NCBI GenBank assembly: GCA_963728565.1
Contig: CAVSLC010000021.1
Coordinates: 1-64,000 of the forward strand
From: an uncultured delta proteobacterium
Lineage (GTDB): Bacteria > Desulfobacterota > Binatia > UBA9968
Length of the DNA stretch: 64,000 nt
Direction: 5' to 3'
The notes beneath the pieces are model-generated. The model was not told the DNA's origin and ran no database searches. It saw only the letters and a list, made by a program, of their open reading frames with translations. Below are positions 59,175-64,000 of this stretch, piece by piece. The first letter of the stretch is position 1. The number at the start of each line of letters is the position of its first letter. Position numbers and translations under genes: made by a program.

Positions 59175-60523
59175 ATCCATCGATCTTTCGCGAATACGAT
59201 ATCCGCGGACTGGCAAAGAAAGAGTTCGATGAAGATTTTGCTCTCCTGCTTGGCAAAGTGCACGGCACGATCATCAACGAGGCGGGCGGCACTCGCGTGA
59301 GTGTGGGCCGAGATTGCCGTGCTACTTCCGATCTTTACACCCAGGCTGTCATAGCCGGGCTGGTTTCGACGGGTCTCCAAGTCACCGATATTGGTGTCTG
59401 TCCGACACCGTTGCTTTATTTTTCGCTGTTCCATCTCGACACCGACGGCGGTATCGAGGTCACCGCCAGCCACAATCCCTCGGAGTATAATGGATTCAAG
59501 CTTTGCCTTGGTAAGGACACGCTTTACGGCGCGCAAATCCAGGACATCAAAACTAGAATCGAGCAAAATCATTTTGTCGAGAAGCCCGGCGGCACGGTCG
59601 AACGCTATGACATCGTTGTGCCTTACCAACAGCATCTGTTGCGCGACGTTCCTAAGCTAAAGCGCTCTCTCAAGGTGGTCGTCGACGCCGGTAGCGGCGT
59701 TGGCGGACCCGTGGCGCCGCCTATTTTTCGTCATTTAGGCTGTACGGTTTGGGAGATCGCCTGTACACCCGACGGCGATTTTCCAATCCATCATCCCGAC
59801 CCCACCGTCCCGGAAAATCTCGAGCTGCTTATTGCCAAAGTTCGCGCGGAAGGGGCGGACTTAGGAATAGCCTACGATGGAGATGCCGATCGTATCGGCG
59901 CTGTGGATGAACAGGGCAGGATCGTCTGGGGTGATGAACTGATAGTGATTTTTGCCCGCGATGTTCTCCAGCGTAATCCCGGAGCGACGATCATTTCCGA
60001 AGTCAAATGCTCCCAACGGCTTTACGACGATATCGTCGCCCGCGGTGGGGTACCGATCATGTGGAAAGCGGGCCACTCGCTGTTAAAGGCTAAGTTGAAG
60101 GAAACGAATGCCTTGTTGGCCGGTGAAATGAGCGGCCATATGTTCTTCAAAGAGCGTTACTTCGGTTATGACGATGCGATCTATGCTTCGTTGCGGTTGC
60201 TGGAGATTATTGCCAATTCGGATAGACCTTTCTCGGCCTTGCTTGCGGACCTGCCCCGGACTGTATCGACACCCGAAATCAGAATCGACTGCCCGGATGA
60301 TAGGAAATTTATCATCGCCGAAAGGGCAAAAGAGTATTTTCGTCAGCACTACGATATCATTGAAATCGACGGCGTGCGCGTGCAGTTCCCCGAAGGATGG
60401 GGGCTGATTCGCGCATCGAATACCCAGCCGGCGCTGGTGCTTCGTTTTGAGGCTCAAACCGCGGAGAAAATGAACGAATATCGCGCCTTGGTCGAGGGCA
60501 AGCTTAAGGAACTGGAGATCTGA
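59171..60523 (+). CDS. Phosphomannomutase/phosphoglucomutase (AlgC-type)
   Basis: FREYDIRG, TASHNP, DGDADR, GEMSGH, RASNTQP. Confidence 0.95.
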   Translation: MNPSIFREYDIRGLAKKEFDEDFALLLGKVHGTIINEAGGTRVSVGRDCRATSDLYTQAVIAGLVSTGLQVTDIGVCPTPLLYFSLFHLDTDGGIEVTASHNPSEYNGFKLCLGKDTLYGAQIQDIKTRIEQNHFVEKPGGTVERYDIVVPYQQHLLRDVPKLKRSLKVVVDAGSGVGGPVAPPIFRHLGCTVWEIACTPDGDFPIHHPDPTVPENLELLIAKVRAEGADLGIAYDGDADRIGAVDEQGRIVWGDELIVIFARDVLQRNPGATIISEVKCSQRLYDDIVARGGVPIMWKAGHSLLKAKLKETNALLAGEMSGHMFFKERYFGYDDAIYASLRLLEIIANSDRPFSALLADLPRTVSTPEIRIDCPDDRKFIIAERAKEYFRQHYDIIEIDGVRVQFPEGWGLIRASNTQPALVLRFEAQTAEKMNEYRALVEGKLKELEI

Positions 60524-60532
60524 CAACCGATA

Positions 60533-63058
60533 ATGCGCGGCGAGATTGTTGTCAGCGGAGCGCGAGTCCATAACCTTCAAAGTATCGACCTTAAGATTCC
60601 ACGTGAGCAGTTAGTCGTTATCACCGGAGTTTCCGGTTCAGGAAAATCATCGTTAGCCTTCGATACACTTTACGCTGAGGGCCAGCGCCGCTACATCGAA
60701 TCGCTACCCGTCAACCATCGTCAGTTACTTCAGCAGCTCGACAAGCCCGACGTCGACTCTATCGAGGGACTTTCTCCGGCCATCGCGCTTCAACAGAGAC
60801 CATCAAACTTTGGCCCGCGCTCGACGGTAGGAACGATGAGCGAGGTGCAAGATTTTTTGCGGCTGCTGTTCACTCGTGTCGGCCAGCCGTTTTGCATTCA
60901 GTGCGGCGCGCCGATCTCGATCCAGACTACAGAGCAAATAGTCGATCAACTTCTGGCCCTCCCGCCGGGCGCGCGCATCGTTCTTATGGCGCCGATTGCC
61001 GGCTCAAGAAAATTGAATGCCGACAAACTGCTTGGCGAGTTCGCCCGTCAGGGCTTCACCCGCGTTAGGATTGACGGACGATTGCACGAGCTTGGAGAAG
61101 AGACTCACCTGGAAGCAGGCCGGACTTATCAGATCGACTTGGTGATTGACCGCTTGACGATTAAAGAAGGTGTAGAAAAGCGCCTAGCGGATTCGCTTGA
61201 AATAGCTTCTCGCGTCGGCCAGCACGTTGTAAAGATCGAAGTGCAGGCAGAGACGGCGGCGATCAAAGAATTACGCTTCAGCCAAAAGTTTGCCTGTGCT
61301 GAATGCGGCAGTTCTTTTCCGGAGATTGTTCCGAGCCTGTTTTCATTTAATAGTCCCAATGGCGCCTGTCCGGTGTGCGCTGGGTTAAGTAGTTTGGAGC
61401 AGACGGGTCGAAAATCGAAAGCCGCCCCTGACGCCAGCGCTGTTGTGACGTGTAAGGAATGCAACGGCGCTCGTCTGAAGAAAGAAAGCTTGGCGGTCCG
61501 GATTGACGGCAAAAATATTGCTCAGTTGGCCGCATTGCCCATAAACGAGGCGATCCAGTACTTCGACGCGCTCCGCTTCCAACCCCGGGAGCAGATCATC
61601 GCCGGCAAAATACTCCCGGAGATCATTCCGCGGCTTCGGCTTTTGGCGCAACTCGGACTTGATCACCTGACCTTGGACCGCTCGTCGACCACCCTGTCGG
61701 GCGGCGAATTGCAAAGGGTCCGCTTAGCCAAGCAAATTGGCTCGAAGTTGTCGGGGGTCCTGTATATTTTTGACGAGCCGAGCATTGGACTGCACCAAAA
61801 AGACAATGCACAACTGCTGCAGCTTTTACACGAGCTTCGTGGTGCCGGCAATTCCATCTTGATCGTGGAGCATGATCCGGAAACTATTCTCAGCGCCGAC
61901 TATGTCATCGATATGGGACCGGGTGCGGGAACTAAAGGCGGCCGGGTCGTCGCGACTGGGTCACCCGACGAGCTCATGGCCCAGCCGCACTCGCTCACCG
62001 GTCAGTATTTATCCGGCCGTAAAAAAATTACCATTCCAGCTTTGCGCCGAAAAGGTTCAGGCGAGTTTCTAATCTTAAAAGGGGCGCGACAAAACAATCT
62101 GCAGGACATTACGGTTGAAATCCCGGTGGGTGTGGTGACTTGTGTCACCGGAGTTTCGGGTTCCGGGAAGAGCACCTTGGTGATGGATGTCCTTTATCAT
62201 GAACTTTCCCGACGCTTGCGGCGCTTGCGCGTGAGGACCGGCGCCTTGGATGATCTGATCGGCTGGCAGCATTTCGATCGGGTAATCGGTGTCGATCAAG
62301 CTCCGATAGGCAGGACGTCACGCTCCAATCCAGCCACGTACGCGGGAATCTACGATCCGATTCGCGATCTTTTCGCGCAACTACCAGAGTCGCGAGTAAG
62401 AGGTTATCAGCCTAACCGGTTCTCATTTAACACCAGCGGAGGCCGATGCGAAGCTTGTGGCGGCGAAGGCCTGATGCGCATCGAGATGTATTTTCTGGCC
62501 GATGTTTTTGCTACCTGCGATATCTGCAAAGGCCGTCGTTTTAACCGGGAAACGCTCGAGATTAAATACAAAGGGCATAGCATTGCCGATGTGTTGGAAC
62601 TAACGGTAATTCAGGCTCTGGATTTATTCGCTCACATACCGGCTATCGCCGCGCGACTTCATACATTAGTTGGCGTGGGCTTGGGTTATATTCAGCTCGG
62701 CCAGGCAGCTCAGACCCTTTCGGGTGGCGAGTCGCAACGTCTCAAGCTGGCCAAGGAGCTGGCGCGACGGTCGAGCGGCCGATCTCTCTATGTTCTGGAT
62801 GAACCCACTTCCGGACTTCATTTTGCGGATATCGACCAACTCTTAGAACTACTGCATAGTTTGACCGACGCGGGTAACACCTTGGTGGTGATTGAACACA
62901 ATCTGGAAGTCATCAAAAACGCCGACTACGTCATCGATTTGGGGCCGGGAGCCGGGAAGAGCGGCGGTAGGGTTATTGCGCGTGGGACGCCCGAAGATGT
63001 TGCCGCGGTAGCCTCATCACACACCGGGCGCTATTTGCGTAACCTGCTAATCAACTAA
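60533..63058 (+). CDS. uvrA: Excinuclease ABC subunit A, short form
   Basis: [23 protein letters not shown], two ABC modules, Zn motifs, LSGGE twice; 841 aa. Confidence 0.92.
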   Translation: MRGEIVVSGARVHNLQSIDLKIPREQLVVITGVSGSGKSSLAFDTLYAEGQRRYIESLPVNHRQLLQQLDKPDVDSIEGLSPAIALQQRPSNFGPRSTVGTMSEVQDFLRLLFTRVGQPFCIQCGAPISIQTTEQIVDQLLALPPGARIVLMAPIAGSRKLNADKLLGEFARQGFTRVRIDGRLHELGEETHLEAGRTYQIDLVIDRLTIKEGVEKRLADSLEIASRVGQHVVKIEVQAETAAIKELRFSQKFACAECGSSFPEIVPSLFSFNSPNGACPVCAGLSSLEQTGRKSKAAPDASAVVTCKECNGARLKKESLAVRIDGKNIAQLAALPINEAIQYFDALRFQPREQIIAGKILPEIIPRLRLLAQLGLDHLTLDRSSTTLSGGELQRVRLAKQIGSKLSGVLYIFDEPSIGLHQKDNAQLLQLLHELRGAGNSILIVEHDPETILSADYVIDMGPGAGTKGGRVVATGSPDELMAQPHSLTGQYLSGRKKITIPALRRKGSGEFLILKGARQNNLQDITVEIPVGVVTCVTGVSGSGKSTLVMDVLYHELSRRLRRLRVRTGALDDLIGWQHFDRVIGVDQAPIGRTSRSNPATYAGIYDPIRDLFAQLPESRVRGYQPNRFSFNTSGGRCEACGGEGLMRIEMYFLADVFATCDICKGRRFNRETLEIKYKGHSIADVLELTVIQALDLFAHIPAIAARLHTLVGVGLGYIQLGQAAQTLSGGESQRLKLAKELARRSSGRSLYVLDEPTSGLHFADIDQLLELLHSLTDAGNTLVVIEHNLEVIKNADYVIDLGPGAGKSGGRVIARGTPEDVAAVASSHTGRYLRNLLIN

Positions 63059-63120
63059 AAAATCCGCCGTTTATCCCCTTCTGCGGAGTTCCGGCTGGCG
63101 CTAAACCCCCGATCACTCCA

Positions 63121-63175
63121 TTGACTGAGAGTACCTGATTAGTTATCTTTAAATCAGACCAAACTGGTGGGATAA
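63121..63175 (+). promoter_or_regulatory. iscS promoter with candidate Rrf2/IscR-type box
   Basis: TTGACT-N17-TATCTT, then AAATCAGACCAAACTGGTGGGATAA, an imperfect match to IscR type-1 sites. Confidence 0.45.
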
Positions 63176-63198
63176 GTAGCCGGCTGGCCCCTGTTCCT

Positions 63199-64000
63199 AT
63201 GAAACTGCCTATTTACATGGACAATCACGCCACTACACCGGTGGACCCAAGGGTTATCGGGACGATGTTGCCGTTTTTTACAGAGAAGTTCGGCAATGCT
63301 TCAAGCCGTAATCACGTGTTCGGCTGGGACAGTGAAGCGGCAGTCGACCGCGCGCGCGAGCACGTCGCCTGTTTAATTCATGCGGCATCGCCACGGGAGA
63401 TAGTTTTTACCAGCGGTGCCACGGAGTCGGACAATATTGCGATCAAAGGGATCGCCGAAGCATATGCCGAGAAGGGCAACCACATCGTTACCTGCGCAAT
63501 CGAACACAAGGCGGTGCTGGACAGTTGCAAGAGTCTGGAGAGAAAAGGTTATCAAGTAACCTATTTACCGGTGCGGGCAAATGGCTTGATCGATCTGGAT
63601 AGGCTCCGGAGTGCTCTTACCGATAAGACGATTCTCATCTCGATAATGGCTGCCAACAATGAGATCGGTACTATCGAACCGGTGCGGGAGATTGGCAAAA
63701 TCGCTAAGGAAAAGGGAATTTTGTTTCATACGGATGCGACCCAGGCGGTGGGCAAGATTCCACTGAATGTCGAAGAGATGGGCATCGACCTGCTTTCGCT
63801 TACCGCGCACAAAATCTACGGTCCCAAGGGCGTAGGAGCACTGTACGTCCGATCGTCGAAGCCGCGGGTTAAACTCATTCCGCTGATCGAAGGCGGCGGG
63901 CAGGAACTGGGTATCCGGTCAGGCACCCTCAATGTCCCGGGGATTGTCGGGCTCGGCAAGGCTTGTGAGATCGCGCAAGAAGATATGATGGCCGACGGCG
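63199..64000 (+). CDS. iscS: Cysteine desulfurase IscS (runs off the window end)
   Basis: [60 protein letters not shown]. Confidence 0.94.
   Translation, partial: MKLPIYMDNHATTPVDPRVIGTMLPFFTEKFGNASSRNHVFGWDSEAAVDRAREHVACLIHAASPREIVFTSGATESDNIAIKGIAEAYAEKGNHIVTCAIEHKAVLDSCKSLERKGYQVTYLPVRANGLIDLDRLRSALTDKTILISIMAANNEIGTIEPVREIGKIAKEKGILFHTDATQAVGKIPLNVEEMGIDLLSLTAHKIYGPKGVGALYVRSSKPRVKLIPLIEGGGQELGIRSGTLNVPGIVGLGKACEIAQEDMMADG

Overview
Bacterial chromosomal window, deltaproteobacterial-like. The 16S and the zapB-zapA-6S-ygfA-rny-ymdB-tyrS-rrn order suggest a Candidatus Binatia-type lineage, but this was not confirmed by search. Layout: (i) LysR, an exported aKMT/FAM173-like methyltransferase, and a plant-type threonine synthase plus plant-type cystathionine gamma-synthase pair. 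(ii) A ~16 kb minus-strand metal cluster (5946-22078) headed by nikR with matching operator dyads: MFS, His-motif TonB-dependent receptor, TonB, a ZnuABC-type transporter, a His-rich DUF2946/CruR-like leader ending in the RAPP ribosome-arrest motif, a BNR propeller lipoprotein (CECC/CPH), TlpA, two SCO proteins, three paralogous NTF2-like + Cox11-like fusions in which CFCF is reduced to one Cys plus a conserved His, a second exported methyltransferase and a DUF4382-like protein. This is the best candidate for an undescribed system: a Ni-regulated periplasmic metal-delivery pathway built from remodelled copper-chaperone folds. (iii) A divergent molybdate regulator with modABC. (iv) Housekeeping genes, a probably elongated 6S RNA, and an rRNA operon whose 23S appears twice in tandem (probably an assembly artefact). 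(v) nth, radical SAM, Mla-type ABC, flavoprotein, mfd-surA-pdxA-pmm-uvrA and a partial iscS. About nine single-base frameshifts in otherwise intact genes indicate an indel-prone long-read consensus. All family calls come from motif recognition by eye, not database searches.
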